A stretch of DNA of 64,000 nucleotides, from contig JBCBZW010000010.1 in assembly GCA_039815145.1 (NCBI GenBank), positions 2,404-66,403 on the forward strand, given 5' to 3'. The notes below the pieces were generated by a model. The model worked only from the letters and a program-made list of their open reading frames with translations, did no database searches and was not told the origin of the DNA. The first letter of the stretch is position 1. Every line of letters starts with the position of its first letter. This document shows, one piece after another, positions 52,892 through 62,618 of the stretch. Both the position numbers and the translations under genes were made by a program. This DNA comes from Pseudomonadota bacterium. GTDB lineage: Bacteria > Pseudomonadota > Gammaproteobacteria > Steroidobacterales > JBCBZW01.

Positions 52892-54145
52892 CTACTCGTA
52901 GCGCAGGGCGTCGGCGGGCTGCGTCCGGGCTGCGCGCCGCGCCGGGTACAGGGTGGACAGGGCCGAAAGGGCAAAGGCGCCCAGGGTGATCAGCGCCACC
53001 TCGTGCACGCGCACGTCCGTAGGGATGTTGTTGAGGTAGTAGACGTCGGTCGGGATCAGCTTGATCCGCAACACGCCCTCCACGGCAGGCACCAGGGTCT
53101 CGAGATTCAACGTGATGAGTAACCCCAAGGCCAGCCCCCCCAGCACGCCGATCAGACCGATCAGACACCCTTGCGCGAAGAACACCAAGGTCACGCTGCG
53201 AGGCGTCAGGCCCATGGTCCGCAGGATAGCGATATCCGTGCGCTTATCGTTCACCACCATCACCAGGGTCGCGACGACGTTGAAGGCGGCCACCGCCACG
53301 ATCAACGACAGGATGAGGGACATCATGAACTTCTCGGTGGCCACGGCACGAAAGTAGGAGGCCTGCTCATCGGCCCAGTCCGTCACCGTGAATCCACCGG
53401 GCAGCCGCGCCTGCCAACGCTCCGCCACGCGAGGGGCCGCCATGAGATCCTCCAACTGCACCCGTACGCCATCGAGGTGCGCGGGGTCGCGGCCGAGCAA
53501 CGCCGCCACGTCGGCCCGGTGCATGACCAGGCGCGTGCTGTCGATTTCCTGCACGCCTCCTTCGATGATCCCCGCCACGGTGATTCGCTCGAAGCTCGGC
53601 GTGACCTTACCCCGCGGCCCCACCCGCGGCACCAGCAGGTTGAGGCGCTCGCCCACCCGCGCACCCAATAAAGCCGATAGCCCCGAGCCGATAAGAGCCG
53701 CGCGGCTGTCCGCCGTGACGCGGGCGAGATCGCCGGCGACGAGGGCGTACTCGAGCTGGCGACGCACGGCGGGCGCCGTCGGGTCTACGCCCTCCACGCG
53801 AGTGCCGCGCAAGCGGGCGCCGCGGGCCAACATCCCCTCCCCCTCCACATAAGCGGTCACGGCACCGACGCCGTCGCTGCCCTCGAGGGTGTCCAACACT
53901 GGGTCCCAGCCCTGTTCGGGGGCAGCCCCGGGGTGGCGTACGGTCACGTGCGCACTGACGGCCAGGAGGTTGTCTCGGAGCTCGCCGCTGAAGCCGTTCA
54001 TGACTGAGATGACGGTGATCAGGGCTGCCACCCCCACCCCGACCCCCACCGTGGAGGCCAGGGCGATGAAGGAGATGAAACGGCTGCGGGTGCGCGCGCG
54101 GAGGTAGCGCAAACTGAGAAGCAGTTCCAGGGGGCGAATCATCAT
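52892..54145 (-). CDS. lolC: Lipoprotein-releasing system permease (LolC/LolE family, FtsX-type)
   Basis: 417 aa from the ATG at 54145 (MMIRPLELLLSLRYLRAR). Same architecture as the downstream paralogue. Confidence 0.8.
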   Translation of the reverse strand: MMIRPLELLLSLRYLRARTRSRFISFIALASTVGVGVGVAALITVISVMNGFSGELRDNLLAVSAHVTVRHPGAAPEQGWDPVLDTLEGSDGVGAVTAYVEGEGMLARGARLRGTRVEGVDPTAPAVRRQLEYALVAGDLARVTADSRAALIGSGLSALLGARVGERLNLLVPRVGPRGKVTPSFERITVAGIIEGGVQEIDSTRLVMHRADVAALLGRDPAHLDGVRVQLEDLMAAPRVAERWQARLPGGFTVTDWADEQASYFRAVATEKFMMSLILSLIVAVAAFNVVATLVMVVNDKRTDIAILRTMGLTPRSVTLVFFAQGCLIGLIGVLGGLALGLLITLNLETLVPAVEGVLRIKLIPTDVYYLNNIPTDVRVHEVALITLGAFALSALSTLYPARRAARTQPADALRYE

Positions 54146-54431
54146 GGAAAGAGTGGGACCCCACACGCAGAACCGTGGTTCCAGAGGCGGCAGACTCGCG
54201 TTCGGTGCGAATCCGCAAAGCTGCCGGGGCGGCACCGGCAAATCGCAGCCATCCCGCTCATTGGTATCTAAATCAACTGCTTGGACGGCTGCGCGGATGG
54301 TAAGGCCAAGCGTCTGGCGACGCAACAACGGTATCTAGGGTCTGTCAACGATTGTGAATCGGTGCAGGCCGGTGATAAAAACTGGCTCTCACGCCCTACC
54401 GGGGGCGCGATCGGAGTAGGAGAACGTCGCG

Positions 54432-54797
54432 ATGTTTAAGCGTAACCAGGCGCCTGCCATCACACTTCCCCAACACGCAGTGGAGCGCCCGCTACGGCTG
54501 CTACGGCTGGCGGCAGCGGTCGGAACCGCCGCCCTTGCCGTGTTCGCGCTCAGCGCCCTCGCCGCGGGAGCCGCCCGCGCCGACGAGCTGCGCATGGAGC
54601 CGATCACCGAACGGGGCAGCATGACCGTGCCCGTGCGGGGCATGACCATGGACCGCGTGCGCAACAGCTTCGGCCAGCCTTCGGGTCAGCGTTCGGCGGT
54701 AGGTGACCCGCCGATCACCCGTTGGGAATACGACGGCTTTGTGGTCTACTTCGAATATCAGTACGTCCTGCACACGGTCGTCAAACGCGGCCGCTAG
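54432..54797 (+). CDS. Small secreted protein of unknown function
   Basis: 121 aa. Signal-like segment LLRLAAAVGTAALAVFALSALAAGAARA|DE. C-terminal beta-rich part ITRWEYDGFVVYFEYQYVLHTV. Confidence 0.6.
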   Translation: MFKRNQAPAITLPQHAVERPLRLLRLAAAVGTAALAVFALSALAAGAARADELRMEPITERGSMTVPVRGMTMDRVRNSFGQPSGQRSAVGDPPITRWEYDGFVVYFEYQYVLHTVVKRGR

Positions 54798-54915
54798 CAG
54801 CCCCGCGCCATCGGATTTTCCAAACGCCTTCCTCGCACCTCACGCCCGACCTCCGGACGGAGCGTCGTAGCGGTTGCGGATGGGCCCAGGGCGCGCGTTC
54901 GACCATGACCAACGC

Positions 54916-57900
54916 ATGCCAGATTCCCCCGATTCGCGGGCGAGCGTTTTCGCCCCGCCCGTCGCCGATGGCGACAACGCCCTAGCCTGGGGCGCGCTCC
55001 ACGGTAGCGCCTACGCGCTCGCGCTCACGCGCGCCGCCGCGCGCGCCGATGCCCCGCTGGTGGTGATCGCTGAGAGCGCCCGCGAGACCGAGCAGCTCGC
55101 CACCGAAATCAGCTTCTTCGCGAGCGCCGAGAGCGACCTGCCGGTACTGCAGTTCCCCGAGTGGGAGACCCTGCCCTACGACGCCTTCGCGCCTCACCCG
55201 GACATCATCGCCACCCGCCTGAGCACCTTAGCCCGCCTGCCCACGTTGGGCCGCGGCGTACTGGTTCTGAACCTCACGACCTTGCTGCAGCGACTCGCAC
55301 CCCGCAGCTTCGTCGATGGCAGCAGCCTGGCCCTCGCCAGCGGCGATCGCCTCGACCTGGACGCGGCCCGCAAGCGCTTGGACGAGGCCGGCTACATCAA
55401 CGTGGCCCAGGTGCACGAGCACGGCGAATACGCGGTGCGCGGGGCCCTCCTCGACCTGTTTCCCACCGGGGCCGAAGCGCCCCTGCGCATCGACCTGTTC
55501 GACGATGAGATCGAGAGCATCCGCCGCTTCGATCCGAGCACCCAGCGCTCCATCGACAAGCTCGACAAGGTGTCGCTCCTGCCGGCGCGCGAATTCCCGC
55601 TCACGGAAGAGGGCATCAAGCAGTTTCGCTCCGCCTACCGAAAGCGCTTCGAAGGCGATCCGAATCGTTCGGTCATCTACTCGGAAGTGTCGCGCGGCGT
55701 ACCCCCGGGGGGCATCGAGTACTTCCTCCCCCTGTTCTTCGACCGCACGGCCTCGCTCTTCGACTACCTGCCGGATCGGGTGTCCATGGCCTGGAGCGAC
55801 GGTCTCGATGAGGCCATCAACGTGGTCTGGTCTGAGCTCGAATCGCGCTACGACCAGCTGGCGCACGACGTGGAGCGACCGATCCTCACCCCCGACGAAT
55901 TGGCCCTGCAACCGGCCCGAGTGATGGAGCTGCTAGAGCAACGCCCGCGGGTGCAAGCGAGTCCCCACGAGATCGATCTGGAGCTCGATCCACGCCCGGC
56001 CGTGAATTTCGCCAGCACCCTGCCGCCCGCCCTGCCGATAGACCCGCGCGCCGAACAGCCCGCCGCCAAGTTGCTCGACTTCGCTGCCACCTTCGAGGGT
56101 CGTCTGCTCCTCGCGGCGGAGTCGGCGGGGCGTCGCGAGCAGTTGCAAGACACCTTGCGTGAAACGGCACTGGCCAAGCTCAAGCAGGTGAGTTCCTGGG
56201 GCGAGTTCCTGGAGGCGGGGGATGCCAACTGCATCCTCGTCGCACCCTTGGAACGCGGTCTGATGCTGGGTGAGGCGGGCATCGCGCTGATCAGCGAAAC
56301 CCAACTGCTCGGCGAGCGCGCACGACGGCGCAACCGACGCAAGGCCGAAGCGGATCCCGAGTCGATAATCCGGGATCTCACGGACCTCAGGGAGGGGGCC
56401 CCGGTGGTGCACGAGGAGTACGGCGTCGGCCGCTACCTCGGCCTCACCACCCTGGAGGTGGGCAGCACGCGCAACGAATTCCTCACCCTCGAGTACGCGG
56501 GCGGCGACAAGCTCTACGTGCCCGTGCACGCCCTGCACCTGATCACCCGCTACACCGGTGCGTCGCCGGAATCCGCTCCGCTGCACCGCTTGGGCACGGA
56601 CCAGTGGGCCAAGGCGCGCTCCCGGGCGGCCAAGCGTATCCGTGACGTGGCCGCGGAGCTGCTCGACATCTACGCGCGCCGCGCCGCGCGCAAGGGCCAC
56701 GCCTTCAGCTTCTCCGAGCGTGACACCACGATCTTCTCCTCCGGCTTCCCCTTCGAGGAGACACCCGATCAGCTCGAGACCATCGCCTCGGTGATCAACG
56801 ACCTTCGTGCACCCCAGCCGATGGATCGCATCGTCTGCGGCGATGTGGGCTTCGGCAAGACCGAGGTGGCGATGCGCGCCGCCTTCGTCGCCGTACAAGG
56901 CGGCAAGCAGGTGGCGGTGCTCGTGCCCACCACGCTGCTGGCGCAGCAGCACTACCAGACCTTCACCGACCGCTTCGCCGACTGGCCCGTGCGGGTGGAG
57001 GTGATCTCCCGCTTCCGCTCCAGCAAGCAGATGAACGCCATCCTGGAGGGGGTGGAGAACGGCACCGTCGACATCATCGTCGGCACCCATCGCCTGCTCC
57101 AATCGAGCGTGAAGTTCAAGAACCTGGGGCTCGCGATCGTGGATGAGGAGCAGCGCTTCGGCGTGCGTCAGAAGGAGCGCCTGCGCGCCCTGCGCGCCGA
57201 GGTCGATCTGCTCACGCTCACGGCCACGCCGATCCCACGCACCCTGAACATGGCCATGGGCGGCGTGCGCGACCTGTCCCTGATCACCACGCCGCCGGAA
57301 GACCGCCTGGGGGTGAAGACCTTCGTCACCCCGTGGAACCCGCCCCTGATCCGCGAGGCCTTCCTGCGCGAGATCAAGCGCGGCGGGCAGGTGTTCTTCG
57401 TCCACAACTCCGTGGAGACGATCGAGGCGACGGCGAAGAAGCTGCAGGAGCTCGTGCCCGAGGCTAGCATCCGCATTGGGCACGGCCAGATGCGCGAGCG
57501 AGATCTCGAGCAGGTCATGCTCGACTTCTACCACCGTCGCTTCAATACGTTGCTTTGCACGACGATCATCGAGAGCGGGATCGACATCCCCACCGCCAAC
57601 ACGATCGTGATCGACCGCGCGGACCGCTTCGGCCTCGCCCAGCTGCACCAGATGCGCGGCCGCGTGGGACGCTCCCATCACCGCGCCTACGCCTACCTGA
57701 TCGCACCACCGCGCGAGGCGATGACCGCCGATGCGGTGAAGCGCCTGGAGGCGATCGAATCGCTGGAAGAGCTCGGTGCCGGCTTCGCCCTGGCCACCCA
57801 CGACCTCGAGATTCGCGGCGCCGGTGAGCTGCTCGGCGACGAGCAGAGCGGGCAGATCCAGGAGATCGGCTTTGCCCTCTACACGGAGCTGCTCCAGCGC

Positions 57901-58467
57901 GCCGTGGATGCCCTCAAGCGCGGCGAGGTGCCTGACCTCGAGGGCAGCTCGGACCACGGGCCCGAAATCGATCTGCACGCCCCGGCCCTGCTCCCCGAGG
58001 AGTACATGCCCGACGTGCACATGCGCCTCGTGCTCTACAAGCGCATCGCGAGCATGGACGACGAGGGTGCCTTGCGCGAGCTCAAGGTGGAAATGATCGA
58101 CCGCTTCGGCCTGTTGCCTCCGCCCGCGCTACTGCTCTTCGAGATCGCCCACTTGCGCGTATTGGCGGCGCCCCTCGGAATCGCCAAGATCGATGCAGGC
58201 ACGGCGAGCGGCCGCATCGAGTTTCGCGCCAAGGCGAACGTCGATCCGGCGCTTCTCATCGGGCTCATTCAGAGCGATCCGCGCACCTTCCGCCTGGACG
58301 GGCAGAGTATCCTTCGCTTCAAGGCCGACATGGCCGATGTCGAGGACCGGATCGAGCAGGTGCGCAAGTTGCTCACGGTGTTGAGCGGGGGCAGTGCCCC
58401 GACGACACCGGCGCCAGCGGCACAGGCCGACCGTAGTGGGTCGAAGAAACGGAAGGGACGTCGATAG
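54916..58467 (+). CDS. mfd: Transcription-repair coupling factor
   Basis: ~1183 aa from the ATG at 54916. UvrB-homology N-terminus, RNAP-interaction domain, helicase motifs GDVGFGKTEVA and DEEQRFG, and a TRG region. An upstream TTG start is possible but less likely. Confidence 0.95.
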   Translation: MPDSPDSRASVFAPPVADGDNALAWGALHGSAYALALTRAAARADAPLVVIAESARETEQLATEISFFASAESDLPVLQFPEWETLPYDAFAPHPDIIATRLSTLARLPTLGRGVLVLNLTTLLQRLAPRSFVDGSSLALASGDRLDLDAARKRLDEAGYINVAQVHEHGEYAVRGALLDLFPTGAEAPLRIDLFDDEIESIRRFDPSTQRSIDKLDKVSLLPAREFPLTEEGIKQFRSAYRKRFEGDPNRSVIYSEVSRGVPPGGIEYFLPLFFDRTASLFDYLPDRVSMAWSDGLDEAINVVWSELESRYDQLAHDVERPILTPDELALQPARVMELLEQRPRVQASPHEIDLELDPRPAVNFASTLPPALPIDPRAEQPAAKLLDFAATFEGRLLLAAESAGRREQLQDTLRETALAKLKQVSSWGEFLEAGDANCILVAPLERGLMLGEAGIALISETQLLGERARRRNRRKAEADPESIIRDLTDLREGAPVVHEEYGVGRYLGLTTLEVGSTRNEFLTLEYAGGDKLYVPVHALHLITRYTGASPESAPLHRLGTDQWAKARSRAAKRIRDVAAELLDIYARRAARKGHAFSFSERDTTIFSSGFPFEETPDQLETIASVINDLRAPQPMDRIVCGDVGFGKTEVAMRAAFVAVQGGKQVAVLVPTTLLAQQHYQTFTDRFADWPVRVEVISRFRSSKQMNAILEGVENGTVDIIVGTHRLLQSSVKFKNLGLAIVDEEQRFGVRQKERLRALRAEVDLLTLTATPIPRTLNMAMGGVRDLSLITTPPEDRLGVKTFVTPWNPPLIREAFLREIKRGGQVFFVHNSVETIEATAKKLQELVPEASIRIGHGQMRERDLEQVMLDFYHRRFNTLLCTTIIESGIDIPTANTIVIDRADRFGLAQLHQMRGRVGRSHHRAYAYLIAPPREAMTADAVKRLEAIESLEELGAGFALATHDLEIRGAGELLGDEQSGQIQEIGFALYTELLQRAVDALKRGEVPDLEGSSDHGPEIDLHAPALLPEEYMPDVHMRLVLYKRIASMDDEGALRELKVEMIDRFGLLPPPALLLFEIAHLRVLAAPLGIAKIDAGTASGRIEFRAKANVDPALLIGLIQSDPRTFRLDGQSILRFKADMADVEDRIEQVRKLLTVLSGGSAPTTPAPAAQADRSGSKKRKGRR

Positions 58468-59421
58468 ATGAACGAGAGCGACCGCTCACGCGCTGAAGGA
58501 CACGCGACCGCTCGGGCCCGTCGCGTGGCCACGGGGATCTTGTCAGGTGTGCTGATCGCCTCGCCGATGGCCGCCAGCGCGCAGAACGACTCGGAGCTGC
58601 GCGCCTACGCCGTCGAGATCATCCTCTTCCGGCCCTCACAACAGGCGGACCTGGACGAGCGCCAATGGCGCGAAGCTGCACAGGCGGCCGCCGACGCGAC
58701 AGCCACCACTGACGAGGAACTGGTCCTGGATCCCGACGGCTCCGTCACGCCGGAGGTGGACGCCGCCGGCGCGAGCGCCCCGGAGCTGGAGCCATTCGCC
58801 GACGGCTTCGGCTATCTGAGCGAGGAGGGCCTACCGCCCGTGTATCGTTACGAGCCCCCGCTCCCGGAACGCTTCGCTGCATTGGCGCCGGAGACGCGGG
58901 AGCTCTCCACCCTGTTCGACCGCCTGAATCGTTCGAGCGCCTACGAGCCCCTGCTGCACGAACGCTGGATGCAACTCACCTACCCTCGCGACGTGGCCAA
59001 CCCTCGGCCCATCACGGTGCAGCGCGAAGACCTCGCCATCGACGGCACCGTGAAACTCGCCGTCGAGCGACGCCTGCATCTGGAGCTCGATCTCACGCTT
59101 TCCCAACCCGGCGGCGTGGACTACCAGCTGCAGCAGGCGCGCGTGATGACCAGCGGCGAGCTGCATTACGTGGATCACCCGGCCTTCGGCGCGGTCTGCC
59201 GCATCACCCCCGTCGAGCTGCCGGATGGCTACCCCGACGGGATGCTCGAGGATCTACTGCAGGACGCACGCCTCTACGGCGCCGATCCCGACGAACGCCT
59301 GCAGAGCCTGCCGTGGCCCCCGCCCGCACCCCCGGCCACCGAGTCGATGCCCGACGAGATGCCTGAGCCAGCCCCCGATGATGACCCCAGCGCGCCCAAC
59401 GATCAGACCACCACCGGGTGA
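58468..59421 (+). CDS. Secreted protein, possibly CsiV-family (peptidoglycan-associated)
   Basis: The ATG abuts the mfd stop. Signal peptide; YAVEIILFR N-terminal motif and HYVDHPAFG near the C-terminus resemble the CsiV family as I remember it. Lies downstream of mfd, a position I recall being conserved in other gammaproteobacteria. Confidence 0.55.
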   Translation: MNESDRSRAEGHATARARRVATGILSGVLIASPMAASAQNDSELRAYAVEIILFRPSQQADLDERQWREAAQAAADATATTDEELVLDPDGSVTPEVDAAGASAPELEPFADGFGYLSEEGLPPVYRYEPPLPERFAALAPETRELSTLFDRLNRSSAYEPLLHERWMQLTYPRDVANPRPITVQREDLAIDGTVKLAVERRLHLELDLTLSQPGGVDYQLQQARVMTSGELHYVDHPAFGAVCRITPVELPDGYPDGMLEDLLQDARLYGADPDERLQSLPWPPPAPPATESMPDEMPEPAPDDDPSAPNDQTTTG

Positions 59422-59630
59422 CGATCGCGCCTAGCGGTAGTTTTCGTAGACTTCACAACTAGGCCAAAAAGGCCCGATTCCGGTGTGATTCCGAGCCAGG
59501 AACGAGCGCAATCGTGTTCCGGAGCAAATGGCGACACTTTTTTGGGATGCCCCGCCCCGCCCCGGCCAAGTCGTTTAGTTGCTGGATTCGTTAGTCGGCG
59601 CCTAACAAGGCACGTATCTGCGGTCGCGAA

Positions 59631-60200
59631 TTACCCTTCTAGCGGGAGCGCCCTGAGTTCGGGAAGACCGCGAAAATACTCCTCGTAGTCCATCCCGCAA
59701 CCGAAGATGTAACGGTCGTCCACTTCGACGCCGAAGAAGTCGGGCCGGTAGTCGGACACGTATTCTTCGCGGCGCTTCATGACGAAGGTGGCGCTGTACA
59801 CCACTGCCGCGCCCGCGCGCTGGCAATACTCGACGATGGCCTCCAGGGTTTGGCCGTAATCGAAGATGTCATCGATGATCAGCACCGTGCGACCTTCCAG
59901 GCTCGTATACGGCTCGGCGCGCCAGGTGAGTTCACCGCCCTCAAGCCCACCGGCGTAGCGACTGGCGTGCAGATAATCCAGGGTGAAGGGCACGGTGAGC
60001 CGCGCCATCACATGCACCGCCGGGTACATGCCGCCCTTGAGCACGGGCAACACGAGGAGGTCGTTCTCCCCCAGCGTCTCGCCCAGTTGGTCGTTGATGC
60101 GGCCGGTCATGGTGTCGAAGGCCTCGGCAACCGCCTCGCTGCTGTAGAGCAACTCGGAGGTGCGAAGCACGTCCACCAGTTCCTGTCGCGATCGCTGCAT
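59631..60200 (-). CDS. hpt: Hypoxanthine-guanine phosphoribosyltransferase
   Basis: 189 aa with the PRPP-binding motif VLIIDDIFDYGQTL. Confidence 0.85.
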   Translation of the reverse strand: MQRSRQELVDVLRTSELLYSSEAVAEAFDTMTGRINDQLGETLGENDLLVLPVLKGGMYPAVHVMARLTVPFTLDYLHASRYAGGLEGGELTWRAEPYTSLEGRTVLIIDDIFDYGQTLEAIVEYCQRAGAAVVYSATFVMKRREEYVSDYRPDFFGVEVDDRYIFGCGMDYEEYFRGLPELRALPLEG

Positions 60201-60274
60201 CGGGGTCTCCGTGGGTCTGAGAAGTGAGGGCTACGATGGGGGCCGCAGCATACACCAGCCTGCAGACTCGCCGC

Positions 60275-60778
60275 TCAGGGCTCCGCGCCGCCTGCGTCGA
60301 TGGCCACCGCGGTGCCGGCGGCGACTCGATCGAACAGCCAGCGCACATCCTCGTTGCGCATACGGACGCAGCCGTGGGAGGCGGGCCGGCCCATGGGTTG
60401 GTCGTCGGGCGTGCCATGGATGTAGATGTAGCGGCGCATGCTGTCCACTCGCCCGAGACGGTTGTGTCCGGGCTCCGTCCCGCTCAACCAGAGGATGCGC
60501 GTGAGTATCCAATCGCGCTTGGGATGCTCAGCGCCGAGGGCCGGCGTCCAGATCTCGCCCGTGGCACGGCGGCCCACGAACACCGCGCGCAGGGGGGCGC
60601 CGGCGCCGATCCGCGCGCGCACCACGTGTCGCCCTAGAGGCGTCTGTTCGCTACCCATCTCCTGGCCGACCCCGCGGGCCGCGGTGGAGACGAGAAAGTC
60701 GCGCTCCTGCCCCTGCCCATCGGACCAGCGCAAGCGTTGGCAAGCGATATCGATGTGTAGGTGAGTGTCGTTCGCCAT
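60275..60778 (-). CDS. L,D-transpeptidase (YkuD domain)
   Basis: 167 aa from the ATG at 60778. Catalytic motif IHGTPDDQPMGRPASHGCVRM. The ORF-track N-terminal extension overlaps rlmD and is rejected. Confidence 0.8.
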   Translation of the reverse strand: MANDTHLHIDIACQRLRWSDGQGQERDFLVSTAARGVGQEMGSEQTPLGRHVVRARIGAGAPLRAVFVGRRATGEIWTPALGAEHPKRDWILTRILWLSGTEPGHNRLGRVDSMRRYIYIHGTPDDQPMGRPASHGCVRMRNEDVRWLFDRVAAGTAVAIDAGGAEP

Positions 60779-60792
60779 CGCCTCGCTCAACT

Positions 60793-62193
60793 CTACTTGC
60801 GCTCGAACAAGGCCATCGACTCGACGTGGCCCGTGTGCGGAAACATGTCGATCACCCCGGTTGCATTCAATCGATAGCCCAGTTCGCCAACGAGCATCCC
60901 GGCATCGCGGGCGAGCGTGCCCGGATGACAGGAGATGTAACAGATTCGGCGCGGTTTCCATCGCCCGACCATGGGGATCACGGCGTCCGCGCCCGCGCGC
61001 GAGGGATCCAGCAGCAGCGCATCGTAGGTGCGCTTGGCCCATGGGAACGGGGTGATGTCGGCGGACAGATCCGCCAGGTGCGCCTGCACCTTCGGTTCAA
61101 GGCCGTTGCGCAGGGCGTTCTGACCCAAACGTTCGACCAGCGCCGCATCGCCCTCGACGGCCACCACCTCGGCGGCGCGACGGGCAAGGGGCAAGGTGAA
61201 GTTACCGACACCGGCGAACAGGTCGATGACCGTCTCCCCGCCCTCGAGGGCGAGGAGCGATACGGCTCGTTCAACCAGCTGTGCATTGAGCGCCCCATTG
61301 ATCTGGACGAAGTCACTCGGCAGAAAGCTGATCGTGAGATCGAAGGCCCCCAGGGCGTAGTGCAGCTCGGGCGGGGGCGCCCCGTCCAAGTCAACGATAC
61401 TGTCAGGTTGCGCCGGCTGCAGGCACAAGCGCACGTCGTGTGCCCGCTCGAACGCGCGCAGGGTGCTGAGGTCCTCGTCGCTGAGCGGACTCAGATTGCG
61501 CAATACCAACACGGTGGCGTTCTCGCCCTGGGCCACTTCGATTTGTGCAATGCGCTCGCGCACGCTGAGGCCGCCGATGAGCCCAGAAAGGGCGTCCAGC
61601 AACTGCCCGACGGGGGCAGCGAGAACGTCGCAGCGACGCATGTCGGCGATGTCCGGCTTGAGGCGCTCACGGAAGCCGATCAGCACGCGGTCCTCGGCGC
61701 GCACGTAGCGCACGCCCAGGCGCGCCCGCCGGCGGTAGGCCCAAGGCTCGCCGGTGAGCGGCTCGAGCACCTGGCTCGGGGTCACCCGCCCTATGCGGGC
61801 GAGGCTCTCGAGCAGCGTGCGTTGCTTGGCCTCGATCTGCTGTGCCGGCGCGATGTGTTGCAGGGAGCAGCCGCCGCAGGTCTCGAAGTACTCGCAGCGT
61901 GGCGCGATGCGCTGCTCGCTGGGCTCGAGGATCTCGAGCAACTGTGCCTCGTCGTGACGCCGATCGCTGGGGCGCCGAGCGATGCGCACGAGCTCGCCGG
62001 GGAGTGCCCGTGAGACGAACACCGCCTTCCCATCGATACGCGTGACCCCGCGCCCGTCGTGGGAGAAGTCATCGATGCGCACGGTCTCCGGGGCACGCCA
62101 GGCCGTGCGCTGACGGGGTCGAGCTTGCTTACGGGCAGATCCGCCTCGCGACCGCGAGCGGCGGCCGCCCCGCGGCGCGCCCTCGTCAGTCAA
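60793..62193 (-). CDS. rlmD: 23S rRNA (uracil1939-C5)-methyltransferase RlmD (RumA)
   Basis: TRAM domain, Fe-S cysteines CEYFETCGGCSLQH, SAM motif DLFAGVGNF and catalytic ISCHP. Arg-rich N-terminal extension. Confidence 0.9.
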   Translation of the reverse strand: MTDEGAPRGGRRSRSRGGSARKQARPRQRTAWRAPETVRIDDFSHDGRGVTRIDGKAVFVSRALPGELVRIARRPSDRRHDEAQLLEILEPSEQRIAPRCEYFETCGGCSLQHIAPAQQIEAKQRTLLESLARIGRVTPSQVLEPLTGEPWAYRRRARLGVRYVRAEDRVLIGFRERLKPDIADMRRCDVLAAPVGQLLDALSGLIGGLSVRERIAQIEVAQGENATVLVLRNLSPLSDEDLSTLRAFERAHDVRLCLQPAQPDSIVDLDGAPPPELHYALGAFDLTISFLPSDFVQINGALNAQLVERAVSLLALEGGETVIDLFAGVGNFTLPLARRAAEVVAVEGDAALVERLGQNALRNGLEPKVQAHLADLSADITPFPWAKRTYDALLLDPSRAGADAVIPMVGRWKPRRICYISCHPGTLARDAGMLVGELGYRLNATGVIDMFPHTGHVESMALFERK

Positions 62194-62618
62194 CCTCGAA
62201 CTCCCGAGCCCACCTCGCCTCGGGCCGCGTCCCCCACCTCGGCGCGTAACAGTACCGCCACGGCCACGATCAAGCCCGCCTCATCGGTGAGCGTCAGGAA
62301 TCCCTCGCCTACCCCGAGTTGCTCACGCACGGCCTGGCCGCGCGCGGAGAACATCGGTGACGGGCGCCCCGCCTCGTCAGATGCCACCCCTACATCGCGC
62401 ACCCAGAGTCCGCGCGCGAAGCCTGTGCCGAGGGCCTTCACGATGGCCTCCTTGGCAGCGAAGCGCATCGCTAGGTAACGCACCTTGTGCTTGGTGCGCG
62501 AGAAGCGCTCGAGCTCCTCGGGCATCAGGATGCGTTGGGCGAAGTCCTCACCGTAGCGCGTGTAGATCTTCTCGATGCGCTCGAGGGCGATCAGATCGGT
62601 CCCGATACCGTGGATCAT
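62190..62618 (-). CDS. acpS: Holo-ACP synthase
   Basis: MIHGIGTDLIALERI N-terminus and FAAKEA motif. ATGA overlaps on both sides. Confidence 0.9.
   Translation of the reverse strand: MIHGIGTDLIALERIEKIYTRYGEDFAQRILMPEELERFSRTKHKVRYLAMRFAAKEAIVKALGTGFARGLWVRDVGVASDEAGRPSPMFSARGQAVREQLGVGEGFLTLTDEAGLIVAVAVLLRAEVGDAARGEVGSGVRG

Noticed and set aside
55933-58020. 695-aa minus-strand ORF antisense to mfd.
   Set aside because: mfd on the plus strand has unmistakable helicase and TRCF motifs. Long antisense ORFs are expected in high-GC DNA. The product is low-complexity (Gly/Ala/Arg/Val-rich) with no motifs.
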